This document shows, in pieces, positions 13,937 to 26,141 of a stretch of 64,000 nucleotides of DNA. The position numbers and the translations under genes are program-made. Positions within the stretch are counted from its first letter, which is position 1. Every line of letters starts with the position of its first letter. This DNA is from Octopus sinensis. Its lineage: Eukaryota. The stretch lies in assembly GCF_006345805.1 (NCBI RefSeq), contig NC_043007.1:71548001-71612000 (forward strand), read 5' to 3'. A model generated the notes under the pieces. That model saw only the letters and a program-made list of their open reading frames with translations. It was not told where the DNA came from and did no database searches.

Positions 13937-14264
13937 CTGAGCTGCTAAGACCCTCTTCGGTCATGACTGACCATGGGATTGCACCTAGAAAGTTACCCTC
14001 CCAGGCACAAGTCCAGGCAAGGTTGTTTATGGAAGACATACCGGCCTCCCCTCTCCACACCACCAGTGTTATCAAAGGGAAAGGCAACGGCCGATACAGC
14101 TTGGCACCTGTGACTTCGGAACTCATTTCTACAGCTGAGTGAACTGGAGCAATGTAAAATAAAGCGTCTTGCTGAAGAAGACAACACGCAGCCTGGTCTG
14201 GAATTTGAACTCACAACCTCACGATTGTAAGCTCGACGCTCTAACCACTGAGCCATGCGCCTTC
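13937..14264 (-). mobile_element. tRNA-derived SINE family C with TSD (partial copy about 43556-43665)
   Basis: TGGCTCAGTGGTTAGAGC..GAGTTCAAATTCC head; actgtcatata direct repeat on both flanks. Confidence 0.8.
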
Positions 14265-15106
14265 ACTGTCATATACATGTATGCATATATGTGTGTGTGC
14301 ATGGATGAGAAAGTTTGTATTTTATTTGCCTATATATATATATATATATATATATATGAATGTTCACTGATTATAAACTATAGTCATTTGTTTACAGTCC
14401 ACCACAAAAGCACATCATTGCTTCTTAACATGTGCAATCTTTGTAAACAAAAGGCTTGTTCATATGGTGTTGTTTTTTCCAGTTCTACATATAACCATCT
14501 CTGGGGTTTGCTATAGCAGATTATTACTTCATTTGATAGTAGAGGTTGATGACAAGAAAGGCATCCAGCTGTAAAAAAACTGACTCATGCAAACTTGGAA
14601 AAGTAGTCATTACAATGATGATGAAATCAAAATCATATGTAACTCATCAATCTTTAATGGTTTTAAACATCAAATTCATTTGTTAATGGTGATAATAATA
14701 ATAGATATCATAGTTGAAAGTCTTGGAAAGGAAACACATTTGAGAAAGAAAAAGTCAGAAACGAACAAGCAATTAACTGAAAGAACATTTTCCTGATTAG
14801 AACAACCACCTGCAATATGGACACAAAACTGACTGTCACAAATTCAAGCAAGGAGCAATTTGTAGTAAAACACAAAGAACATGCTCTTTGATTCAGCACA
14901 GAAAAGATAATTTAACCATCAACTAAATAATGTCTGAAAGAGTAGACTTAAGTTATTATCACAGCAGGCCTTTCAGAATACAGTGACTGGTTATGAGTTA
15001 CTGGTGAACACACAGATGTATGTAAACTTGGCATGGAAAGTATTAATGGAAATGGTTTGTGGAACAGAGAGAATTAGAAGTATTAGGTTTGAGAATTATA
15101 ACACTA

Positions 15107-15700
15107 ATACAGTTCTATATTTAAGAGATGAGAAATTATTTACATTTTACAGATATTTGTCCTCATCTTGTTTGTTGTTAACACAATGTTTTGGCTGATA
15201 TACCCTCCAGCCTTCATCAGGTGTCTTGGGGAAATTTTGAACCTAGGTTCTCATTCCTAAGTATTTTTCAATGTTATTATAATTATAGAATAGAACTCGG
15301 AATCTTGGGGTTAGTAGTCTGCACTCTTAACCACTATGCCATATGCCAGTGGGCAATTATGGAGTGAATTTTAGAGCTTATAAATCTAATATTTTCCTAT
15401 CCTTCCTTTATATCAACTCCCTTATGCTATTCATATCTGCACTCGATCTGCTTAGGAGTTTGTTGTGTCCTAGCATGTGCTGCTTCTTTTAGTTTTCGTA
15501 CTTTCCAGTGGTGTTCTTCATAATTAGAGTGGATAGTATGTTTTGGGGGTAGTTGTTGCTTAATAGCTTGTTATTGAGCTTGATCATTTCTTCGTGGTGT
15601 ACTGATCACAATCACAACTTATATTCTTTGCTTGATATTTCAGGCACTAAGCAATCCATCTTTTTAGTGTATGAATATCTCACTCATGTTAGACAGAAGT
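15107..15700 (-). mobile_element. Penelope-like element 3' remnant with tRNA-like segment and HHR
   Basis: HHEEMIKLNNKLLSNNYPQNIL (RT thumb/linker-like) and EEHHWKVRKLKEAAH (GIY-YIG C-terminus-like), then tRNA-like boxes and HHR. Confidence 0.65.
15181..15224 (-). ncRNA. Hammerhead ribozyme motif, degenerate (GAAA to AAAA)
   Basis: ACAC-CTGATGA-aGGCTG..CAGCC-AAAA-CATT-GTGT; related copies near 18533-18574 (-) and 18863-18906 (+). Confidence 0.65.
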
Positions 15701-16100
15701 AGATTTGTATCTTGGGCATACAAACTCCAGTTTGGAATTGTTTTTGAACTGGTAACACTATAGCTATTGTGCTGTCACAATTTATGGGTTGACATCACTT
15801 TCTGGGGAGTAAAAAAAACCCACTCAAGACAGAAATTTAATGTTAAAAAAAAACATTAGCAAATTATTTGTAAATATTTTGTTAGCCCAGCATTGTTTTT
15901 GTTACGTTTTTTCAAAATGGTTTCTATAAAATTTTAACTGATATCACTTCAATATTTTATCTTTACAATGATTTGCTAATGGTTTTGTTGGCTTCAAAAC
16001 AATTATTCCAGTATCTATTTCTAAGACAGCAAAAACTATGAGTTGTCTCCTAGATATAACCTCAAAGATTTTTTTGCAATTTTATATTTCCACAAATAAA

Positions 16101-16805
16101 CATCATCATCATTATCATTTAATATCCACTTTCCATGCTGGCATGGACTGGACAGTCTGACTGACGGCAGGCAAGCCAGAAGGCTGCACCAGGCCCCAAT
16201 CTGATCTGGCAAAGTTTCTACAGCTGGATGCCCTTCCTAACGCCGGCCACTTCAAGAGTGTAGTGGGTGCTCTTAGGTGCCACCGGCACGAGGGCCAGTA
16301 AGGCAGTGCTGACATCGGCCATACACAAATGGTGCTTTTTACATGGCACTTGCACAGGAGCCAGTCAGCGGCCCTAGCAACAATCATGCTCGAATGGTGC
16401 TTTTAATGTTCCACTGGCACAGGTGTCAACCAGGCGGTACTGTCATTGGCCACAACAGCAATTTCACTTGCCTCAACAGGTCTTCGCAAGCGTAGTTAAT
16501 TATCCAATGATTGAAGGATACTCTTAAATAGGCTGGTTATACAGCAATGGCATAGGCCATGGGTAAGGTCCCACTTGGCTTGCCAAGTCTTCTCAAGATC
16601 TCTGTCACTTATTGTCTCAGTGAGGCCAAATGTTTGAAGGTCATGCTTCACCACCTCATCCCAGATTTTCCTGGGTCTACCTCTTCCACAGATTCCCTCA
16701 ACTGCTAGGGTGTGACACTTTTTCACACAGCTATCCTCATCCATTCACAACACATAACCATACCAGCGCAGTTGTCTCTCTTGCACACCACATCTGATGC
16801 TTCTT
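16101..16805 (-). mobile_element. RTE-like LINE 3' end with repeated GCACGTAAAAAGCACC-type UTR and (GAT)n tail
   Basis: MDEDSCVKKC..LAVEG.CGRGRPRKIWDEVVKHDL; 3' module shared with many copies in the window. Confidence 0.8.
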
Positions 16806-17368
16806 GATTGGCCTGAGGCTATAGTAGAAGACATTTGCTCAAGATGTCATGCAGTGGGACTGAACCTGGAACCATGAGGTTGGGAAGCAAGCTTCTTAGC
16901 ACACAGCCACGCTTGTGCCTATGTATAAATGATTTTCAGACATCGTGAAATTGCTTTTTTGTTCTTTTAGTCAGACTCCACAAGTAAAAGGTATGAGTAA
17001 TGTACAAGTGTATATCCAATTTTTCAAGGTGTTGAAGAGATGTCTCTTCCTTGAATAGCAAGCACCGTATATGTACATTAATTGTGCATTTTCCTTGTTC
17101 AAATAGCAGTAAAATGCACCTATCAATGACACTAAATATTAGAGCGAAGTAAAATGAGTCATGGGGAGACATCTTTGTCACACACTCATGACAGGACATA
17201 AAGAATTAAGCAGTCACAACTTTCCCAAAATATTTTTTTAAATAAGCAAAAGTAAAATGAAAATGTTCTTTTAGTAAATCAGGTTTGCATTAATGCTTTC
17301 ATAGAGAATATTTTAAGACAAAATAACAGAGGGTCAGGACCCATGATTAAGAAGAAAATGATACTCAC

Positions 17369-17509
17369 TTATACAGGAAGACGAAAAAGAAAACTAAATG
17401 AAACACTAATTTTATAAGACATTCTCTCATGCAGTTCTTAAGTTGCTGTCTGTTGTGAATTTCGGCTGGATCATACATTCCAATATTTCCAGAAGGTATG
17501 CTAACAAAT
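17369..17509 (-). CDS. CNIH4: CNIH4 exon 4 ([46 protein letters not shown])
   Basis: PSGN.G..DP.EIHNR.QLK motif of CNIH4; cag/gtgagt boundaries; 141 nt. Confidence 0.95.
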
Positions 17510-17837
17510 CTGAAATTGAGAAAATATTTTTTGAAATCAAACACTGAAGGATGAGGAGTTCAGTTCCAATATTAGAGATTAAACCTTTTGTTACTCTAGT
17601 TATGGTGAGATACACTGCCTTATTTCAATTCGTTTGAAAAGCAATTAAAGAATTTATTGGAATAACTTTGTCATTAATAAGCTGGTGCTTGTAATATATA
17701 TTAACATGAAATTTTAAATGGGAAATTTTAATTCAGATCACTTTAAGACGGGGAATTTGTATCATAGAACCAAGCAAGGCTTTAAGTGGGTTGATATCAA
17801 AAGAATTGATAGCATTTGTGAGAGAAATAACTCCTTT

Positions 17838-18065
17838 TTAGCCCTTTCATTACCAGCCCGGCTGAAACCGGCTCTGACTCTGTAGTACAAATGTCTTGTT
17901 TTCATAAGTTTTGAATTAAAATCTTCCACAAACCTTGATCACAACTTATGTTCCTAACACTAGCTGAATGATAACCAAGTTATTTTACTAAATTCTTTGT
18001 TATATATAAAATAATAGAAAGAAACACAAAGCATCTCAAAATAAATACGGTAACGAAAGGGTTAA
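17838..18065. mobile_element. Second TTAA-flanked MITE family (also 92-317 and about 17580-17810)
   Basis: CCCTTTCxTTACC ... GGTAACGAAAGGG-TTAA termini with shared internal sequence. Confidence 0.65.
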
Positions 18066-18495
18066 GGAGAAGTTCATAGAAACAGATTAAAATTAATGTA
18101 GCTTATAAGAAATGATATTAAGATAATTAATAAGATAGGGGTGTCAGAACAGAGGTAATCATTTTTTTTATTGATAGAGATAAAAGACATTTAAAATAAT
18201 AATGTACTTTTAACATGTTTAATCTTACTTGCACTCAGTTAAGAATATAAATATTGGTTTCAAAGGTCAGCAAGTTCAGGTGAAGGGTTAAGTTGATTAC
18301 ATCAACCCTTAGTATTCAAGTGGTACTAATTTTATTGACCCCATAAGGATGAAAGGCAAAAATCAACCTCTGCAGAATTCAAACCCAGAATGTAAAGATG
18401 GATGAAATGCCACTAAGCATTTTACCCAGCGTGCTAGTGATTCTGCCAGCTTGCCACCTTAGTTAAGAATATAAATATTATAGTATAATCAAGAT

Positions 18496-18978
18496 TATTT
18501 ACAATTGACGGATAGGTGTCCTCACATTGTTTGTTGTTTCAGCTGATGTACTCTCCAGCCTTCATCAGGTGTTCTGGTGGAATTTCAAATCCAACCTTTC
18601 ATTCAACTAATGGGGTACACCATTCTCATTCCTAAGGTATGTTGCTGATGTTATTTTTCTGTTGATATTACTTTCTTTTTCAAGTCCCTGCTTGGGATTG
18701 AACTTAGAATCCGAGGGTTAGTAGCCTACGCTCTTATCCACTATGCTATATGCCCAAAGGCATATAATATCAATAGAAAAATAACATCAGCAACATACCT
18801 TAGGAATGAGAACGGTGTACCCCATTAGTCAAATAAAGGGTTGGGTTTGAAATTCCACCAGAACACCTGATGGAGGCTGGAGAATACATCAGCCGAAACA
18901 TTGTGATAACAAATAAGGCAAGGACACATTCATCCATTGTAAATAATATACATAATTACTTGTCTCAAAAATATAGAA
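18496..18978. mobile_element. ORF-less inverted derivative of the tRNA-HHR element
   Basis: Inverted arms around a tRNA-like head (18685-18755, -); TSD tagt(a/g)taatcaagat at 18481-18495 and 18979-18993. Confidence 0.75.
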
Positions 18979-19114
18979 TAGTGTAATCAAGATAACTTGA
19001 AAGTTTTTGTATAATCAAAGCAAACTTTGGGAGCATACAAATTAATTCAATAATCATCCAGTTCACCTCAATCAACTGATATACTTTCAAGAAATTTAAT
19101 TAATACTTTACAAG

Positions 19115-19570
19115 TAACCCGGCAGTTGCCAGTGCCGCTGGACTGACTCCTGTGCAGGTGGCAAGTAAAGAAACAGTTTCGACCCTGTGCTTGAGGAGAC
19201 CGATTAAGTCAAGTACATCAACATCAAAAATCAATGGAAATTGTAGTTGTGATCCCTGTGCCGGTGGCACGTAAAAAGCACCATCCAGACGTGGCTGATG
19301 CCAGTGCCAGCCTTGACTGGCTTCCGTACCAGTGGCACGTAAAAAGCACCAACCGATTATGGCCATTGCCAGCCTCACCTGGCACCTGTGCTGGTGGTAC
19401 GAAAAAAGCACCCACTACACTCACAGAGTGGTTGGCATTAGGAAAGGCATCCAGCTGTAGAAACACTGCCAGATTAGACTGGAGCCTGGTGCAGCCGTCT
19501 GGCTTCCCAGATCCCGGTCAAACCATCCAACCCATGCTAGCATGGAAAATGGACGTTAACGATGATGATA
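19115..19570 (+). mobile_element. RTE-associated 3' UTR element (copies also about 3703-3876, 4540-5007, 29478-29660, 34380-34790, 42655-43017, 45143-45458, 47185-47350, 59053-59316, 61140-61375)
   Basis: Conserved TGGCGTTAGGAAGGGCATCCAGCTGTAGAAAC-like core and CCCATGCTAGCATGGAAA..GGACGTTAA(GAT)n end. Confidence 0.8.
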
Positions 19571-19938
19571 AGAATTTTGTATGCTTTTATACTGTTTGAT
19601 TGAAGGCCAGAGCCCACAACACCCCTCACTACCTTCATATCCATCCAAACTGCCTCCACTTAGAGATAATCTTGAAGAAATGTGGATGCATGTATAAATA
19701 TATATAAGCCATCCTTTATAAATAGTTTATTTACCTCTGAAAATATACAGATGAAAGACATAAATATTGGCCAGATTCAGTTTAAATGGGACAAGGAAGT
19801 TTCGTGGTAAATATAATAAACTAATATAAATACAAAATATACAAAGGAACTTATGAAAAATACATGACAATAGGTTAAACTGTAGGAGCATTCATGTTTA
19901 AGTTGTACAAATGGGAAAAAGTGAAAAAGATATCTCAC

Positions 19939-20051
19939 GTGTAAATCACCCAAGCAGTCATTGCAGAATAGAGACAAAATAAAATCCAGTGGCCAGAGAT
20001 TATTAAACTGAATGATACCAAGCCATGGGCAACTATTTCTGGTAACACCCA
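19939..20051 (-). CDS. CNIH4: CNIH4 exon 3 (WVLPEIVAHGLVSFSLIISGHWILFCLYSAMTAWVIY)
   Basis: WV.PE..H and HW motifs; tag/gtgaga boundaries; 113 nt, phase fits exon 4. Confidence 0.93.
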
Positions 20052-20078
20052 CTAAAGAAGAAAAACAAAGAAAGTTTA

Positions 20079-20510
20079 TGTATTTGTTTTACAAGATTCT
20101 TGATGTGAAATCGTGAGTTGAAACAGATATTGTTATATTTTGGGATGGTCATTTTTCTTTTTCTTTTTTTGTTAAATAAACACACAAATACTATATAGTT
20201 GTTCTCCATTTCAGCTTTATTATTGTTTATATTTTAGTGTCCCTTGTCTGAAATCTTTCATGTCCTGTGACCTCTTCAGTGATTCTTCATCCCATGTGTC
20301 TCCTTCTGTTCTGTTTGAAATCTTTCATTAAATAGAACAGAAGGAAACACGTGGGATGGAGAGTCACTGAAGAGCTCACAGGACATGTGATGATAGATTT
20401 TAGACAAAGGACACTAAAAATAAGAACAATAATAAAGCTGAAGAACAACAAACATATAGTGTATGTTTATTTGGCAAAAAACAAAAAACAAAAAGACCAT
20501 CCTGAAAAAT
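20079..20510. mobile_element. Fold-back element of a three-copy family (also about 7285-7610 and 28350-28620)
   Basis: About 190-bp diverged inverted arms; TSD aacaaag(a/g)aagttta; HHR-like motif. Confidence 0.65.
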
Positions 20511-21429
20511 AACAAAGGAAGTTTAGTTTACAATATATTTAATAAATTCATATTTTGATAATACTGACATCTTGTCACATAATATGTACATAAAATTACA
20601 GCTCTGTAGCAGTAATCAAATCATAAAATTCTTATGCAATAAAATCAATTATAGGGAAATCAATAATACACCAAATATTGCATTGATACATTCAACAGAG
20701 TCGTGGTAAGATAAACATCAAAAGAAGTGAGAGATCAACAGGTATTAAATGTTGTTCTTGGTCAATCTGGTTTCTGGAAAGAAATAAATAGCTCTTCACA
20801 GGATGAGCTTTTTAGTTAAGCTAGAAAATGTATCAAACGCATGCATACAGCATATACCTGCCTTCAGTAAATTTGGATTTACAAACAGGATAAAATCCTG
20901 GCTGTTATTAGATCTCCACTTCACAAAAGATCTCGACCATGACAGATTAAATTCATTAAAATATTAAAACAAGATACTTCAAGAACAGCTCCTCACGAGA
21001 TGCATAGTTAACTCTGTTGAGTCTAATCTTAACATATTTCACTGGAAATCAACTAAAATAAAATTCTTCAAATTTATTTGGATAATTTGTTTTTCTCTGC
21101 GTAAAATAACAGCAGCAAACTGAAGCTGTTTAAGAGAAAAATTGTAGGAGACACTTTCACATGAATTCTACAATAACAATGTGGTGCTACTCTTAAATTC
21201 TACCTAATGGTGCCACAAGTATGACGATACTTACAAATGAAATATTGTTACGCTTGAGAAATTAAGCATAAAAAGTTTTGATTAAGAAAGTAATTTTCAA
21301 TTTTTTCGCGAAATTCTTAAGCAAACGGGTACTTGAGGCAGGGGAGATAACTTTCGACTAAACTCATTTTGTAGCCTAACAAAAGAACAAATCGAAATAG
21401 TTTCACTTCGTAAAATCTATATGACTTAC

Positions 21430-21498
21430 CTTGTTTAATTTTCCACAACACGATCTTGCATTTAAATAATCACATTCTAAATCTGAGAGTGTGATAAC
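21430..21498 (-). CDS. CNIH4: CNIH4 exon 2 ([23 protein letters not shown])
   Basis: Cornichon signature [20 protein letters not shown]; cag acceptor and gtaagt donor; 69 nt. Confidence 0.96.
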
Positions 21499-24176
21499 CT
21501 GACAATGAAGGAGAAATAACAGCCAAAATATTCTACATACATAGGTATCAACAGCAAAATAATGGACAAATATATAAACTGAAGACGGTTCAGCGGTTGA
21601 TCTTTGAGACAGATTTTGAAGTCTTTTGTGGCATATAGTTGTGAAATTATGAATGTGTAGTATCTTTAACAAAACAAAAAATATTGCTTTCAAAACTTCA
21701 CTCCTTGTGGTGGATACCTTATTTAAATAGATTCATTAAAATATTTCGTTTTTACAAAATTTTGAGTCATACAAAAATAGTTACAACGAGATAACTTCTA
21801 AGTACCATCCGATTTGCTACGTCATGTTTTGAAAGGAGTTAAATAAGCGTGCAATAGAGTTTTATCAATTTTCAGAAGTTGTAAAAACACTTTATGCAGA
21901 TATTGAAGCAGATGTATGGATCGGTACATTGTTGACAGTGAAGAAATCTTGCTCGAAATTCTACTGTTTACATCAGCCGACTCATTTGTGACTATTGCAG
22001 ACGTTAAAATCAGCATTGGTAATTCTATTGTTGAATGTTATGGTTTCTTTTATTTAATTATTACTTTTTTAAAGTAAGCTTAAGTAATTAAATGATATGG
22101 CAGTATGGTTGAGCCACCAAAGATGTGCGAACAGCTAAGAATTAGCGACAGGAAGAGCATCCGGCTATATAACGAGGCTCCAGCAATATATCTATCTAAC
22201 CCAAGCAGGCTTGGAAAACAGATGAAAATGAACAAGTGAAGAACACATCGTACATCATCAAGGAGGGTTCGTGTCGGAAATGATGGATGCTACAAGTTGT
22301 TTTAAAGTGTTTACAATTTTGTTTCTTAGAACTGCAACCAAGATACCCTTCCTCCATTAGTTCTATACATTGGAACATCTGAAGAAATCAATAGCTGTGC
22401 ATAAAAATGACTTGATAGATTCACAAGTTGAGCCAATGCAAGAAAGACTCCGTGTGTATGTGTATGCGTAGTATCCACCCCCCCCCCCAAAAAAAAAAAA
22501 TCTGTCATTGAATGTGGGAGAAGGGTCTTGAGTCTTGACACATATTAATGATAGAATAAGGGAGTTAGAGACAACTCTATGGATACCCTGTGATGAAGGA
22601 AGCAGAATAGTTCGTTTTCAAACAATAGATTAGTTACTTTATACACTTTGACTCCAAACTGTCAAGTCCTTAAACTGAAAAATATTGTCTCAGTAGATAA
22701 TGGAGTCATCACATCTTAAAAATTTGATCCGCATTTGTTTGACTTCTGGTTAGTCACTGTATCCTCACACTCTAGTACATGCATTGCCACTGGAACCAAA
22801 ATAATGTGGTTTTGATTAGATTTGCTAGTGCCTCCCTCACCACTCAAATTAACCACTTTGTAGTAATATCTGACAGTTCTTCAATTTGTAGATATGGTGC
22901 AGTCTACATACTTTTAGTAAAACTACATAACAAATCACAGAACTTATGAACTCCAAAATAATCTAGAGATAATACTAGAGGGAGAAAGCCTTTACACAAT
23001 AGCTCACCCTACAAGAAACTGTAACCAAATCTTCTTCAAATACCACCCTACTATCTTAAAGATGGTTCGATATACAGGATATAGGTTTGACAACTAAATG
23101 ACAATTTCAACTTGGTTTGCTTTCGTCTAGTTTCGGTGCAGTTAGAACTATGTTACTCGTTTTAGTTGGTGTTTATAAGCACGTTAGGCTTGGATAGCAT
23201 ATGGAGGGGGAACTATTATATAGAATATTGCATAATTTTACACATTTGAAAGCATATACAATTGATTTTTCAGTGAGTTCACTAAGATCTAGCATTAGAG
23301 AGCGTGAAGGTATACAGCATCTACTTTAGTCACCGAAAGCAAAAAATTCAATGGAATCAACTAGTATGCCTAAAGTAACTTTTAAACATTTTGTAGAATA
23401 AAAACAATGATTTAATTTGCAGTGCGCTTACACAGGCAATAAATTCACATATTATCAATATAGAATAAGTTTCCATTAATCATTAAAAATGGTTAAAAAT
23501 TTATATTTCCTAGAACTTAAGGAGGGGTGGCTTAATATCAGTTGTGATAAGAAAGGACACAAGTCTATCGCAAGTGATTTTACCCTGACAGCGGTTTCTC
23601 CCGCCAAGTAGAATTACTTTTCCATGAACACAAACCAAATACCGGATTTTTTTTCTTACGAAACTGAATCCCCAATACGACTCTTCATTCGGTCCTTGGA
23701 ATTAACGATTAAATAAATAGGAAGCGCATAATGTTATAATCAATTCAAGACGAAAGATTTTGTTTAATCGAGATCATTAAAATAGTTGTAGGAAACCTGT
23801 GTAAAATCTCAATTCATACAATGTTTATATGAAAAACAACTTGACATTTCTACGACGAATACGTCAATTAACTTATATACAATGTAAAATAATACACACG
23901 AATAAAACAGTATGAAAAGTTAATAAATTTAACATCAATATAACAATCACAAAATATTATATATATATATACATATATATATAAAATATTAGTAGGGAGT
24001 TACGAAATAATCGATCTATTTGAAGATTCCTTCGAATGTTTTTACAAGTGCGACCAGAAATATATCAGCAGCTTTAGCGAATTTTAAAAATAACGTAGAA
24101 TAAACTTTAAAACAACGAAATTTCAGATATAGGGAACTATGTGAAGTAAAGCGTAAGTGTGTATTTAAAAGGATAC
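21499..24176 (-). other. Probable U12 (minor spliceosome) GT-AG intron 1 of CNIH4
   Basis: Donor reads GTATCCTTTT; TCCTTCAT branch-like motif at 21505-21512 just before the cag acceptor. Confidence 0.8.
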
Positions 24177-24251
24177 AAAATAAACTGTTAACGAGAGTAA
24201 AAGAGCGTCATCGAGGAGAGCAAAGATAAAAACAAGCGAGTCCGACACCAT
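24177..24251 (-). CDS. CNIH4: Cornichon homolog 4, coding exon 1 (MVSDSLVFIFALLDDALLLSLTVYF)
   Basis: gccaaaATGG start context; hydrophobic TM1 matches CNIH4 N-terminus; ends at GTATCCTT donor, phase 0. Confidence 0.9.
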
Positions 24252-24400
24252 TTTGGCAATTTGGTCCGAAATCACGCAGACGAGCGAGATTTCAAATGAA
24301 GGCTTGAACGAGATTTTGATATTTATGATGGAAGAAATAAAACTAATTTCAGTGATTTGAAAGACTTTTTTTACGTCAGTTTATTTATATTGATTTTAAA
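24252..24400 (-). promoter_or_regulatory. Putative CNIH4 promoter/5'UTR region
   Basis: Locally CpG-enriched relative to the window, directly upstream of the ATG; CRE/ATF-like TGACGTAA at 24371-24378. Confidence 0.4.
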
Positions 24401-25197
24401 TTTTAACATAAAGCCAGCAAGTTCGGAGGAGTAGATAAGTCGATTATATCAACTCCAGTGCGCAACTGGTACTTAGTTTATAGACCCGCGAAAGGGTGAA
24501 TGACAAAGTGGACCTCGGGGGAATCTAAACTCAGATCGTAAAGACGGACGAAATCCCGCTTAGCATTTTACACAGATTTCCTACAACTCGCCGACCTTCC
24601 GTTTATCAATATGTATTGGAAATGAAATAGTGTTGGTTGTGGTTCTGCCAAACTGTGAGAAAATTCATTTAGATAAAGTAATTCCTTGGTAGTAAAAAAA
24701 TTGGGTATCACTGCTGCCCTGTTGACTATTTCTTTATTTTTAAATATTCAAAGATATATAACGGGGTATTTGGACAAACATTATGCATTCCGAAGCTGCA
24801 ATGTGAAGCTAGTTTTATCCCTGGTTCAATATTATAGCCATGATTTGCGTTCCTATTGTAAATTTTTAGTGAAATATGCTCCTCTGGTTATTTGTCCTAC
24901 TTTAGTGTGTCTTAACTAACAGGCCACCAGGAAGAAAGTTAAACTACTTAAGGTGGTATTAAGTGCTGCAATAAATATACAATAATTTTGAAGTTTTTAA
25001 TTTTGTATCTGTTACCATTTTATTCTATCTTTTTCCTTATTTTATACTTTATATAGTGTTAAACTTAAAGAAAAGCTATACTGCCACAAAATGGACGGTG
25101 GATGTAAAATGGATTGTATATTATTTAGGTAACGACCTTCAAATAAAAGAAGTTGTAGGATTTGTAGAATCATTGTGTGTGTGTATGTATGTATGTA

Positions 25198-26141
25198 TTC
25201 GCTGGAGTCAGCGAGACATATGCAGAAAGACAAAGATAAAGGTGTACAAGGTATGTGTGCTCCCTTCTCTTCTCTATGCCTGCCAGACGTGGGTCACATA
25301 TCGATACCACCTTAAACAACTGGAACGTTTCCATCAGATGTGCATCAGACAGATCTATGGCATTAAGTGGAAGGGCCGCATCAGTGATCTTGAAATATTG
25401 GAAGGCTCTCGGTGTGAAAGTATAGAAGCTCTTGTGTTAAAGCAAAGGCTCAGATGGAGTGGTCATCTGGTCAGAATGAAGGATTCAAGGATGCCAAAAC
25501 AACTCTTTTATGGAGAGTTAGCTAAAGGAGATCGACCTCCACATAAACCAAAAAAGAGGTATAAGGACTTGCTGAAGGCTTCCTTAGGAGATGCTTGCAT
25601 CTATTCTGACACATGGGAAGGCATAGCTATTGATCATAGCAGGTGGAGAAGGATTGTGCATGAGGGGATTGCCACTTTTGAGAAATCTTGAGTTGCACAT
25701 GAGAAAGTAAGGAGGGATGTCAGGAAGGGCATTGCTGTTACACTTCCAGAAGGGAAGGGTCTTCCTTTGATGCTGACATGCAATGTCTGTGCAAGACCCT
25801 GCCTCAGTAAAGCTGGACTCAAGAGTCATCTTTGTAGTCATAAAACGAGACAGATGAGTGATAATCTGGCCACTGGTGGTGGTGTAACACACCATACTAA
25901 TCATATCTGTTGGGCATATGGAAGAGAGTGTAATTCGGCAGGAGGACTTAAACGACATGCAAAGGTAAATGAAGCCCAGTTACAACTACAGCCAGCTATT
26001 ACCAGTAAAGGTTTTAGTTGCCAATTTTGTACAAGTCATTGTAAATCTTTAGCTGGGCTAAAAAGTCACATTCGATCACAGCACCAGTAACAGTTAAGCT
26101 TCGTGCAATGGCCATACTTGATAATGAGGGAGCAGCCATAA
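25198..26141 (+). mobile_element. RTE-clade LINE 3' fragment with C-terminal C2H2-like fingers
   Basis: TKIKVYK.CVLPSLLYACQTW, QRLRWSGHLVRM.DSRMPKQLFYGEL; one in-frame TGA, then three finger-like repeats; (GTAT)n on both sides. Confidence 0.9.

Noticed and set aside
21876-21990. Plus-strand exon-like stretch (EVVKTLYADIEADVWIG)
   Set aside because: No partner exons or recognisable homology
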